Shown here: positions 28,875 through 38,377 of the stretch, one piece after another
How positions within the stretch are numbered: the stretch's first letter is position 1
Layout: each line of letters opens with the position of its first letter
DNA from: Ruminococcus sp.
GTDB taxonomy: Bacteria; Bacillota; Clostridia; Oscillospirales; Ruminococcaceae
DNA: 64,000 nucleotides
Assembly: GCA_017623515.1 (NCBI GenBank)
Contig: JAGAOV010000015.1
Location: forward strand, 471-64,470
Direction: 5' to 3'
The notes under the pieces: generated by a model
What the model saw: only the letters and a program-made list of their open reading frames with translations
Database searches by the model: none
Told to the model about the DNA's origin: nothing
Position numbers and translations under genes: made by a program

Positions 28875-31220
28875 TCAACCTGTTTCATCGCTTATTGTCA
28901 TTGTAAGGCTTACAACTGTTCCCACTTCAACCTTTGTTCCCTCATGCTCGGACTGGAACTGTACTCTTGCCTCGGCATTGTCAGCAGACACGCCTATGGT
29001 AACAATATTAAGTCCAGCCTGACGGAGAATTTCCTCCGCTTCAGCAGCTGTCTTATTGAGAACATCCGGAACTTCAACATACTGCGGTTCAGAAGCGTCA
29101 TCTGTATATACCAGTACTATTCCGCCCTTTGCAACACTTGAACCTGTTGCCGGACATTGACGTATAACAGTTGAGCCTGAACCTACTATCTCATATTCAA
29201 GTCCAAGATCTGTGAGGGTAGTCTTTGTATCCTCAACAGACTTATCCTGAAGCATGGGAACTGTCACATTGTTTGATTCTACTGCATTTCCGGTTTCCGG
29301 ATAGTATCCAAGATACGGGAGTACATCCGCCATAACCTCTCTTGCATATGGTGCAACTACAGCACCGCCGTAGTAGTTTATATTTGTATCAGGTTCATCA
29401 GCCATCATAAGAAGAATGATCTCCGGATCGTCAGCAGGTGCAAAGCAGCCGTATGACGCTACATATTCCATTCCGCTTTCTGTCTTGTACTGGTCAAGCT
29501 TTTCAGATGTACCAGACTTACCGCCGATCCTCTGTCCCTGAATATATGCATTGTTTACATTATTGTTTTCAACAACCTTTTCAAGCTGTTCACGCATTAT
29601 CTTTGAGGTATCCTCGGATACTACCTGACGCTTGATAACTGTTTCATTCTGGAAAACGATATTTCCGTCCTCGTCCTCAACTCTGTCAACGACATAGGGG
29701 GTAACGAGATAACCGCCGTTGACAGCAGCCGCATAGCCTGTGATCATCTGGATGGGAGTGATCTTGTTTGCCTGACCGAAGGAGGAGGAGGCGAGGTCAA
29801 CCTTGCTCATATTTTCATTTATGTGAATACTGTTTGATTCACCAGGAAGATCTATTCCTGTTTTAGCTGTAAGACCAAAGCCGTCAAAGTACTGATAGAA
29901 TCTTTCTGTACCAAGACTCATGCCTATCTTCATAAATGCAGGGTTACATGAATTTGTAAGTGCAGTTGTAAAGTTCTGAACTCCGTGACCGCCTCTGTTT
30001 GAACATTGTATCTTTGCGTCCACGACCTGAAGATAGCCATAGCATTCATACATACCAGCCTTGAGGTCAATAAGCTTTTCGTCAAACGCTGACGCACTTG
30101 TGATTACCTTGAATACAGAACCAGGGTAATATATTTCAGATATTGCCTTATTTTTCCACTGAAGCTCTCTTGCAGCAAGATATGCATCAGTATAATCCTG
30201 ACCTGTAAGGAGAGCAAGCTCCTTTGCTGTCTTTTCATCATATATCTCTGAAGGATTATTCAGATCAAATGAAGGATAGGTTGCCATTGCGTATATCGCA
30301 CCTGTCTTGGGATTCATGATAATTCCGCAGGCACGTTCACGTACATTGAACTTTGTTACCATTTCGCTAAGTGCCTTTTCAAGGTAATACTGAATGGTAA
30401 TATCAATTGTAAGATACAGGGAATCGCCGTTTTCAGCGTCGTATGTCGTTGAATAGCGGTATGGCATTTCCTCGCCGTTAGCTGCCTGAGCAGATACAAC
30501 TCTTCCGTCTACACCGGACAGATAGGAGTCATACTGATATTCAATGCCGTACTGACCGTTTCCGTCACTGTTGGTAAAACCTATAACGCTTGCTGCCTGT
30601 TCATTCTGAGGATAATATCTTCTTGTTGCAGCCTGAGTAGCAAAAGAAACAAGGTTCATTTCGCTGAAATATGCCATTATCTCATCTGCGGTATCCTTTT
30701 CGACCTGAGTCTGGAGTACATAGTAGCGTCCGGACTCTTCATAGGCTTTCATTACATCCTCTTCCTTAATGTCGAGCTTATTTGCAAGATAGGAGGCGAT
30801 GGAGGATTTCAGATTTTCTATATTTATAAGATTTTCAGGAGTAACGCCGTTTTCCTGTGCATCCTCTCTTTTCTGCTGATTTGCTTTTTCAATATCTTCA
30901 AGTTCTTCTCGGAAAAGAGTCGGATCTATATATACACTATATACTGTAGCACTCCATGCAAGAGGCTTTCCTGTTGAATCGTAAATTCCTCCACGCTGTG
31001 CTTCCAGAGTAAGAGTTCCGAAGTGATAGTTATTCGCAAGGCTTTCGTACTTTGAATGATCAAGGACTGATACCTTGAAAAGATTCGCTATTACTGCACA
31101 GCATATAACTGTCATAAGTATAATTACACCCACATTAAGGTGAGATTTCATACGTGCAGTAGGCTTTTCATTCTTGACAGCACCTGAGCTTATGATTTCA
31201 TCTTTTTCTGTTTTAGACAC
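28875..31220 (-). CDS. Class B penicillin-binding protein (FtsI/SpoVD-like) with PASTA repeats
   Basis: PGSVFK (SxxK), SCN, KSG motifs; two C-terminal PASTA-like repeats; GTG after GAGGAG. Confidence 0.9.
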   Translation of the reverse strand: MSKTEKDEIISSGAVKNEKPTARMKSHLNVGVIILMTVICCAVIANLFKVSVLDHSKYESLANNYHFGTLTLEAQRGGIYDSTGKPLAWSATVYSVYIDPTLFREELEDIEKANQQKREDAQENGVTPENLINIENLKSSIASYLANKLDIKEEDVMKAYEESGRYYVLQTQVEKDTADEIMAYFSEMNLVSFATQAATRRYYPQNEQAASVIGFTNSDGNGQYGIEYQYDSYLSGVDGRVVSAQAANGEEMPYRYSTTYDAENGDSLYLTIDITIQYYLEKALSEMVTKFNVRERACGIIMNPKTGAIYAMATYPSFDLNNPSEIYDEKTAKELALLTGQDYTDAYLAARELQWKNKAISEIYYPGSVFKVITSASAFDEKLIDLKAGMYECYGYLQVVDAKIQCSNRGGHGVQNFTTALTNSCNPAFMKIGMSLGTERFYQYFDGFGLTAKTGIDLPGESNSIHINENMSKVDLASSSFGQANKITPIQMITGYAAAVNGGYLVTPYVVDRVEDEDGNIVFQNETVIKRQVVSEDTSKIMREQLEKVVENNNVNNAYIQGQRIGGKSGTSEKLDQYKTESGMEYVASYGCFAPADDPEIILLMMADEPDTNINYYGGAVVAPYAREVMADVLPYLGYYPETGNAVESNNVTVPMLQDKSVEDTKTTLTDLGLEYEIVGSGSTVIRQCPATGSSVAKGGIVLVYTDDASEPQYVEVPDVLNKTAAEAEEILRQAGLNIVTIGVSADNAEARVQFQSEHEGTKVEVGTVVSLTMTISDETG

Positions 31221-31558
31221 AGCTTTTCTCCTCTCCGTCAGATATTTCCGAATAAATAGAATAAGGCAGGGAATCCGTGAAAATACCCTGCCCTTATTTC
31301 AACTGTCTTCCCAGACAGAAACATTCATTAAACAGGAAGCTATCAGTTCCTGTTTAACTTACATGCGGAACGCCGCCGTGTATGCATCATCTGTCCGATG
31401 GCTGCGGAATACACGGCATTGTTCCATTTTCGACACCCGATTTTGTATCTCTTTCTTTTTATTACTAACGGCGGTTTTTTTATGTTTGCTTTCGCAACGC
31501 CGGTAGCAGCAACAAATTATTATACAGACGCAGGATATATCTGTACATTGTATGCCGG

Positions 31559-32047
31559 TCAGCCTCTGAGATATTCTATAAGGTCAAAAAACCAGTTTTT
31601 AATCTTTATGAATATGTTTTGCTCCGGCTCTTCGAGGATGACCTCATCCTCTGTCTGTATCTGAATGTACTGAACCTGAGACTGATCCATTTTCTGAAGT
31701 CCCAGCTTTTCTTCCGCATATTCCTTGATATTACGGATAGATGCCTGACCTTCAAGTTCAGTCTGCATACGTACATTTTCACTTCTTAGCTCATTAAGCT
31801 GTGTGCTTGCGGCTGAAATATCTGAATACACCTCATTAAGCTGCACATAGCTGTTGATAACAAAGTAAAACAGTCCGACTGCAAGAATACTTACAAGGCT
31901 TATTTTTGCAGCCTGCCCTCTCTTTTTAGGGGCAATATAGAAGATACCTCTTTTGGTTTTTACTGCTTTATTTTGGGAAGACCGGTTCTCTGATACGGCT
32001 GTCTGCTGCGTATTTCCAGTCTGATTCACTTCACGCTGCTCAGCCAT
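31559..32047 (-). CDS. ftsL: FtsL-like cell division protein
   Basis: Single TM plus coiled coil ending AEEKLGL; lies between rsmH and pbp. Confidence 0.7.
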   Translation of the reverse strand: MAEQREVNQTGNTQQTAVSENRSSQNKAVKTKRGIFYIAPKKRGQAAKISLVSILAVGLFYFVINSYVQLNEVYSDISAASTQLNELRSENVRMQTELEGQASIRNIKEYAEEKLGLQKMDQSQVQYIQIQTEDEVILEEPEQNIFIKIKNWFFDLIEYLRG

Positions 32048-32054
32048 AAAAGAT

Positions 32055-32978
32055 TTATCTCCTCTCTATAACTCTAAGCTTTGCACTTCGGCTGCGGTTA
32101 TTATCCGCAAGCTCTGCTTCAGAAGCTGTAAGCGGTTTTCTGTTCACGAGTTTTCCTTCCGGCTCTCTTCCGCAAACGCACTGAGGGAAGTCGGGCGGGC
32201 AAATACAACCCTGACACCACTGTGCAAACTGCTTCTTGACAATACGATCTTCAAGGGAGTGAAACGTTATTACTGCAAGTCTGCCGCCTGATTTAAGGCT
32301 TCTGAAGGCAGCCTCAAGTCCCTGTTCAAGATGTTCAAACTCGCCGTTTACAGCGATTCGTATAGCCTGAAAGGACTTTTTGCAGGGATTTTTCTCACGT
32401 CTGACACGCTGAGGAACTCCGCTTTTGATAAGCTCTGCAAGCTCCATTGTTGTTTTTATAGGTTTTTCAGCACGAGCCTCTGCAATTTTCTTTGCAATAC
32501 TTCGTGCGAACTTTTCTTCACCATATTTAAAAAGAATCTGAGCGATAGCGTCCTCTGACCATGTGTTCACCAGTTCTTCAGCACTGAGACCTGTCTGGCT
32601 CATACGCATATCAAGAGGAGCGTCAACATGATAGGAAAATCCTCTTGAGCCTGTATCAAGCTGATGGGAGGAAACGCCCAGATCCATAAGTATACCATCA
32701 ACTGAGTCTATCCCCAATTCTGACAGCACACTGCTCATTTCATCATAATTACAGTGGAACACCTTAGCCGGCATTCCTTTAAGTCTTTCTGTGGCAGCGG
32801 CAACGGCATCGGGATCACGGTCAAGACCGATAAGCAGACCGTTTTCAGACAATCTTTTTGCTATTTCCCTTGAGTGACCAGCACCGCCTACAGTTCCATC
32901 AATATATATACCATTCGGCTTGATGTCGAGACCTTCAAGAACCTCGTCAAGCAAAACGGGAATATGCACAAAATCCAT
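32055..32978 (-). CDS. rsmH: 16S rRNA C1402 methyltransferase
   Basis: HIPVLLDE, DLGVSSHQLD, ITFHSLED, RSRSAKLR. Confidence 0.95.
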   Translation of the reverse strand: MDFVHIPVLLDEVLEGLDIKPNGIYIDGTVGGAGHSREIAKRLSENGLLIGLDRDPDAVAAATERLKGMPAKVFHCNYDEMSSVLSELGIDSVDGILMDLGVSSHQLDTGSRGFSYHVDAPLDMRMSQTGLSAEELVNTWSEDAIAQILFKYGEEKFARSIAKKIAEARAEKPIKTTMELAELIKSGVPQRVRREKNPCKKSFQAIRIAVNGEFEHLEQGLEAAFRSLKSGGRLAVITFHSLEDRIVKKQFAQWCQGCICPPDFPQCVCGREPEGKLVNRKPLTASEAELADNNRSRSAKLRVIERR

Positions 32979-32990
32979 TACAGCACCGCC

Positions 32991-33419
32991 TTAGAATCCA
33001 AGTTCCATCATAGTCTGGAGCATATCAGCCATATCTATATTGGAATTCATTTCCTCCCAGCGAGCCTTGTCCCATATTTCAGCTTTATCGTTTGCGCCGA
33101 TAATTACAAGTTCCTTATCAAGACCTGCAAATGCACGCAGTTCCTGCGGCAGAAGGATACGTCCCTGCTTATCGGGTGTTACTTCACATGCACCTGAAAA
33201 AAGCCAACGCTGAATCATGCCGGACTTTGATGCAGGAATAGCGGCAACCTTTTCAGAAAGCTTGTCCCATCCCTCCTGAGAATACACGGTAAGGCACGGC
33301 GAATCAATGCTCTTTGTTATATAAAAAGACACACCCAACTGTTCACGGAGCTTAGTAGGGAAATTAAGACGTCCCTTGACATCTATATTATGATAGTATG
33401 TACCCATCAATGATGTCAT
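32991..33419 (-). CDS. mraZ: Transcriptional regulator MraZ
   Basis: DVKGRL and DKQGRI repeats; first gene of the dcw cluster. Confidence 0.95.
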   Translation of the reverse strand: MTSLMGTYYHNIDVKGRLNFPTKLREQLGVSFYITKSIDSPCLTVYSQEGWDKLSEKVAAIPASKSGMIQRWLFSGACEVTPDKQGRILLPQELRAFAGLDKELVIIGANDKAEIWDKARWEEMNSNIDMADMLQTMMELGF

Positions 33420-33460
33420 TACTTATTCCGCCTTTCTATGGGTGTGAGGTGTAAGTGTAC

Positions 33461-33543
33461 CCACTTTGTAACCACTTTAAGGCACTCAGCACCACTTTTC
33501 ACCACTGTATTCTTATTATACCTTATATTCAAAAAAAAATCAA
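33461..33543 (-). promoter_or_regulatory. dcw promoter with five MraZ-box repeats
   Basis: TTGATT-17-TATAAT (33543-33515) followed by AGTGG/AGTGC units at ~10-bp period (33461-33506). Confidence 0.75.
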
Positions 33544-33646
33544 TAAGCACTCACAGAAATTACTCAAAAAACTTGCCGAAAAAAATAACCATTTTTTGTG
33601 CATTATGACAAAAGTTAAGCGTTTTTATATCAGATCAGCAAAACAT

Positions 33647-33677
33647 AAAAAGAGGAGTGAGCATAACTCACCCCTCA
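33647..33677 (-). terminator. tuf terminator
   Basis: GAGGGGTGAG…CTCACTCCTC hairpin plus TTTTT. Confidence 0.8.
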
Positions 33678-33695
33678 TTTTAACCAAATTTTAAC

Positions 33696-34895
33696 TTATT
33701 CAATAACAGCTGTTACAACGCCGGAACCTACAGTTCTGCCGCCCTCACGGATAGCGAAACGCAGACCTTCTTCGATAGCGATCGGAGAGATCAGCTCAAC
33801 GTCCATAGAAACGTTGTCGCCAGGTGTGCACATTTCTGTGCCCTCAGGCAGAGTGATGATACCAGTAACGTCAGTTGTTCTGAAATAGAACTGCGGTCTG
33901 TAGTTGTTGAAGAACGGTGTGTGACGGCCGCCTTCTTCCTTCTTCAGAACGTAAACCTGACCCTTGAACTTTGTCAGCGGCTGGATGGAGCCGGGCTTAC
34001 AAAGAACCTGACCACGCTCTACGTTGTCACGTGTGATACCACGGAGCAGTGCGCCGATGTTGTCACCAGCTTCAGCGAAGTCCAGAGTCTTACGGAACAT
34101 TTCGATACCAGTTACAACTGTAGAAAGCTTTTCATCAGAAAGGCCTACGATTTCAACTGTTTCGTTAACGTTCAGTCTACCTCTCTCTACACGGCCTGTT
34201 ACAACAGTACCACGGCCAGAGATTGTCATTGTATCCTCAACAGGCATCAGGAACGGCTTAGCGTCATCTCTCTCAGGTGTAGGAATGTAAGAGTCAACAT
34301 TTTCCATCAGTTCGAGGATAGGAGCGTATGCCGGATCAGACAGATCATCGGGAGCGTCCAGAGCTGCACGAGCAGAACCTGTGATAACCGGAATGTCATC
34401 GCCAGGGAACTCATATTCGCTCAGTGTATCACGGATGTCCATTTCAACGAGTTCGAGAAGCTCTTCGTCGTCTACGAGGTCAGCCTTGTTCATGAATACA
34501 ACGATTGCCGGTACGCCTACCTGACGAGCAAGCAGGATGTGTTCCTTAGTCTGAGCCATCGGGCCGTCAGAAGCAGCAACTACGAGGATAGCACCGTCCA
34601 TCTGAGCAGCACCAGTGATCATGTTCTTTACATAGTCAGCGTGTCCAGGGCAGTCAACGTGTGCATAGTGACGAGCATCTGTCTCGTACTCAACGTGAGC
34701 TGTGTTGATTGTGATACCACGCTCTCTTTCTTCCGGAGCCTTATCGATCATATCGTAAGCCTCATACTGAGCCTGACCCTTGAGAGCCAGTGTCTTAGTA
34801 ATTGCAGCAGTCAGAGTTGTCTTACCGTGGTCAACGTGACCGATGGTACCAATGTTTACATGGGGTTTGGTTCTTTCAAATTTAGCCTTAGCCAT
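33696..34895 (-). CDS. tuf: Elongation factor Tu
   Basis: [23 protein letters not shown]. Confidence 0.98.
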   Translation of the reverse strand: MAKAKFERTKPHVNIGTIGHVDHGKTTLTAAITKTLALKGQAQYEAYDMIDKAPEERERGITINTAHVEYETDARHYAHVDCPGHADYVKNMITGAAQMDGAILVVAASDGPMAQTKEHILLARQVGVPAIVVFMNKADLVDDEELLELVEMDIRDTLSEYEFPGDDIPVITGSARAALDAPDDLSDPAYAPILELMENVDSYIPTPERDDAKPFLMPVEDTMTISGRGTVVTGRVERGRLNVNETVEIVGLSDEKLSTVVTGIEMFRKTLDFAEAGDNIGALLRGITRDNVERGQVLCKPGSIQPLTKFKGQVYVLKKEEGGRHTPFFNNYRPQFYFRTTDVTGIITLPEGTEMCTPGDNVSMDVELISPIAIEEGLRFAIREGGRTVGSGVVTAVIE

Positions 34896-34965
34896 TGGAA
34901 TATTCCTCCTATAAATTTATAGTTCAACTTACCGTGCAGCCTTACAGACTGCACGTGTTAAGTCT

Positions 34966-34994
34966 ATTGTACCAGATTTAAAAGTAAATTTCAA
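34966..34994 (-). promoter_or_regulatory. Internal tuf promoter
   Basis: TTGAAA-17-TACAAT in the fusA-tuf spacer. Confidence 0.6.
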
Positions 34995-35043
34995 GTCTTT
35001 TTTTGAAAAAATAGTGATTTCTATCAACTTTTTTCAGAAAATC

Positions 35044-37119
35044 TTACTTCTTTCTGGAAGTCATGATCTTTTCTGCAATGTTCTTCGGTACTTCCATGTA
35101 GCTGTGAGGCTCCATTGAATACTGACCACGTCCCTGAGTATTGGAACGAAGATCACTTGTGTAGCCGAACATTTCAGAAAGCGGAACAAGAGCGTCAACC
35201 TGTACAGTACCAGGTCTTGCTTCCTGACCCTGAATCTGTCCACGGCGAGAGCTCAGGTCACCGATTACAGTACCTGTATAATCGTCCGGAACAGTTACAG
35301 AAACCTTCATGATAGGCTCCATGAGGATCGGCTCTGCCTGACGCATAGCTTCCTTGAACGCCATTGAACCAGCGATCTTGAATGCCATTTCAGAAGAGTC
35401 AACTTCGTGATAAGAACCATCATAAAGCTCAACCTTACAGTCTACTACTTCGTAGCCTGCCAGAATACCAGCCTTCATTGCGCCCTTAATACCAGCGTCA
35501 ACAGCAGGGATATATTCCTTCGGTACAGAACCGCCGACTACAGAGTTCTTGAACTCATAGCCCTTACCGGATTCGTTAGGTGTAACACGGATCTTTACGT
35601 GACCGTACTGACCGCTACCACCGGACTGCTTCTTGTACTTGTAATCAACATCTGCATCGCCCTTGATAGTTTCCTTATAGGATACCTGAGGTGCGCCTAC
35701 GTTAGCTTCTACCTTGAATTCACGGAGCAGACGGTCAACGATGATGTCAAGGTGAAGCTCACCCATACCAGCGATGATTGTCTGACCTGTTTCTTCGTCA
35801 GTGTAGGTACGGAATGTCGGGTCTTCTTCAGCAAGCTTTGCAAGAGCAATACCCATCTTTTCCTGACCAGCCTTTGTCTTCGGCTCAATAGCGAGCTGAA
35901 TAACAGGCTCTGGGAATTCCATGGATTCGAGGATTACAGGATGCTTTTCATCACAGAGTGTATCACCTGTTGTTGTGTTCTTGAGACCAACAGCAGCGGC
36001 AATATCACCAGCGTAGATAACATCAATATCCTTTCTGTGGTTAGCGTGCATCTGAAGAATTCTGCCCAGACGCTCCTTATTATCCTTAGTTGCGTTCAGA
36101 ACTGTTGAACCAGCCTGTACACTACCGGAATATACACGGAAGAAGCAGAGCTTACCTACAAACGGGTCTGTAGCGATCTTGAATGCCAGAGCTGCGAAAG
36201 GCTCTTCATCAGAAGAATGACGAACTTCTTCCTCGTCTGTATCCGGATTAACGCCCTTGATAGCCGGAACGTCCAGCGGAGAGGGCATGTAATCTACGAT
36301 TGCGTCCAGAACCTTCTGTACGCCCTTATTTCTATATGAAGTACCGCAAACTACCGGTACCATTTTGTTAGCGATTGTTGCTTTTCTGATGCAAGCCTTG
36401 ATTTCTTCGATAGTGATGTCTTCACCTGCGAAGTACTTTTCCATCAGCTCGTCATCCTGTTCAGCAACGCACTCCATGAGTGCTTCACGATATTCCTCAG
36501 CCTTTTCAACCATGTCTTCCGGAATTTCCTCAACACGGATGTCCTTGCCAAGATCATCGTAATATACATATGCCTGCATTTCTACCAGGTCGATAATGCC
36601 CTTGAACTCGTCCTCAGCACCAATAGGGAGCTGGATCGGAACTGCATTACACTTCAGTCTGTCACGCATCATTTCTACAACACGGTAGAAGTTTGCGCCC
36701 ATGATGTCCATCTTGTTGACATAAGCCATTCTCGGAACCTGATACTTATCAGCCTGTCTCCATACAGTTTCAGACTGAGGCTCAACGCCGCCCTTTGCAC
36801 AAAGTACAGTTACGGAACCGTCCAGTACACGCAGTGAACGCTCTACTTCTACAGTAAAGTCAACGTGTCCGGGAGTGTCGATAACGTTGATTCTGTGTCC
36901 TGCCCAATAAGCAGTTGTAGCAGCAGAAGTAATTGTAATACCTCTTTCCTGCTCCTGCTCCATCCAGTCCATGGTAGCTGCGCCTTCGTGTGTTTCACCG
37001 ATCTTGTGATTTACGCCGGTGTAGAACAGAATACGCTCTGTTGTAGTTGTCTTACCAGCGTCGATATGAGCCATAATACCAATATTTCTGGTATTTTCCA
37101 GTGAACAATCTCTGCCCAT
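35044..37119 (-). CDS. fusA: Elongation factor G
   Basis: [29 protein letters not shown]. Confidence 0.98.
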   Translation of the reverse strand: MGRDCSLENTRNIGIMAHIDAGKTTTTERILFYTGVNHKIGETHEGAATMDWMEQEQERGITITSAATTAYWAGHRINVIDTPGHVDFTVEVERSLRVLDGSVTVLCAKGGVEPQSETVWRQADKYQVPRMAYVNKMDIMGANFYRVVEMMRDRLKCNAVPIQLPIGAEDEFKGIIDLVEMQAYVYYDDLGKDIRVEEIPEDMVEKAEEYREALMECVAEQDDELMEKYFAGEDITIEEIKACIRKATIANKMVPVVCGTSYRNKGVQKVLDAIVDYMPSPLDVPAIKGVNPDTDEEEVRHSSDEEPFAALAFKIATDPFVGKLCFFRVYSGSVQAGSTVLNATKDNKERLGRILQMHANHRKDIDVIYAGDIAAAVGLKNTTTGDTLCDEKHPVILESMEFPEPVIQLAIEPKTKAGQEKMGIALAKLAEEDPTFRTYTDEETGQTIIAGMGELHLDIIVDRLLREFKVEANVGAPQVSYKETIKGDADVDYKYKKQSGGSGQYGHVKIRVTPNESGKGYEFKNSVVGGSVPKEYIPAVDAGIKGAMKAGILAGYEVVDCKVELYDGSYHEVDSSEMAFKIAGSMAFKEAMRQAEPILMEPIMKVSVTVPDDYTGTVIGDLSSRRGQIQGQEARPGTVQVDALVPLSEMFGYTSDLRSNTQGRGQYSMEPHSYMEVPKNIAEKIMTSRKK

Positions 37120-37152
37120 AGTTAGCCTCCTCTATTTCACACAGCAGTGCAA

Positions 37153-37623
37153 TTACCAGCGGTAATGTGCGAATGCCTTGTTTGCTTCTGCCATCTTGTG
37201 TGTATCGTCACGCTTCTTGCATGCGCCGCCAACATTGTTGAGAGCATCAAGAATCTCACCAGCAAGTCTTTCCTTCATGGTCTTTTCGTTACGCAGTCTG
37301 GAATACTTTGTGATCCAGCGCAGACCCAGTGTCTGACGACGATCAGGTCTAACTTCCATAGGCACCTGATATGTTGCACCGCCCATACGGCGAGCCTTAA
37401 CTTCCAGCTGCGGCATTACGTTTTCCATAGCCTGCTGGAACATTTCAAGTGCGTCATTACCTGTCTTCTCAGCTACGATGTCAAATGCACCGTAAACGAT
37501 TTTCTGAGCGACACCCTTCTTACCGTCGATCATGATGTTGTTGATCAGACGTGTAACGAGCTTGGATTTGTAGATCGGATCTTCAAGCACGTCACGCTTT
37601 GCGATTTTACCTCTTCTTGGCAT
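37153..37623 (-). CDS. rpsG: 30S ribosomal protein S7
   Basis: MPRRG…GATYQVP…[10 protein letters not shown]. Confidence 0.98.
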   Translation of the reverse strand: MPRRGKIAKRDVLEDPIYKSKLVTRLINNIMIDGKKGVAQKIVYGAFDIVAEKTGNDALEMFQQAMENVMPQLEVKARRMGGATYQVPMEVRPDRRQTLGLRWITKYSRLRNEKTMKERLAGEILDALNNVGGACKKRDDTHKMAEANKAFAHYRW

Positions 37624-37809
37624 TTTCGCTTCCCTCCTTCACATAATTCATGAATTCACAGGTACTCGTTCAGGCGGTTTTATTTCCGCCGACCGTCAGG
37701 AGCCAATGCAGAGGATCGCAGTGCTGCATTTGCAGCAATCTATATGATCTCCACATGTTTCCTGTGGTTGTTATTGTCCTGTTCTTATTTTTTCGGCAGA
37801 TAGTATTTC

Positions 37810-38232
37810 TTACTTCTTGCCAGCCTTCGGACGCTTTGCGCCGTACTTTGAGCGAGCCTGCATTCTGTTTGCAACACCCTGTGCATCCAGTGCGCCTCTG
37901 ATGATGTGGTAACGTACACCAGGCAGGTCCTTTACACGTCCGCCTCTGATGAGAACAACGCTATGTTCCTGAAGGTTGTGTCCGATACCCGGAATGTAAG
38001 ATGTTACTTCGTAGCCATTGGTGAGCTTTACTCTGGCGATCTTTCTCATAGCGGAGTTCGGCTTCTTAGGTGTAGCTGTACGAACAGCTGTACACACGCC
38101 TCTCTTCTGCGGTGAGCTCTGATTTGTAGTTACCTTCTTCTTAGAATTGTAACCCTTCTGCAGTGCCGGAGCAGTAGACTTGTCCTCAAGCTGCTTTCTT
38201 CCCTTACGTACCAACTGATTAAACGTAGGCAT
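37810..38232 (-). CDS. rpsL: 30S ribosomal protein S12
   Basis: [10 protein letters not shown]…TPKKPNSA…[10 protein letters not shown]. Confidence 0.98.
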   Translation of the reverse strand: MPTFNQLVRKGRKQLEDKSTAPALQKGYNSKKKVTTNQSSPQKRGVCTAVRTATPKKPNSAMRKIARVKLTNGYEVTSYIPGIGHNLQEHSVVLIRGGRVKDLPGVRYHIIRGALDAQGVANRMQARSKYGAKRPKAGKK

Positions 38233-38294
38233 TAATCTTCCTCCTTTTCAAAAAATATAAAAGATGGTATGCGTATTATTCCGCATACCACCTT

Positions 38295-38323
38295 ATTATA
38301 TACCTCAAATTTCCCTTTGTCAA
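38295..38323 (-). promoter_or_regulatory. str operon promoter
   Basis: TTGACA-17-TATAAT. Confidence 0.8.
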
Positions 38324-38377
38324 GTGCTTTTTTGTATTTTTCACATTTTCCTAAAAAACCACTGCTTTTCATGCCTG

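Noticed and set aside
31174-31664. Plus-strand ORFs 31174-31506 and 31398-31664
   Set aside because: They oppose the dcw operon, overlap pbp or ftsL, and lack an RBS or protein-like features
33461-33506. 10-bp periodic GTGG repeats as a novel signal
   Set aside because: They match the known MraZ operator architecture; listed as a feature
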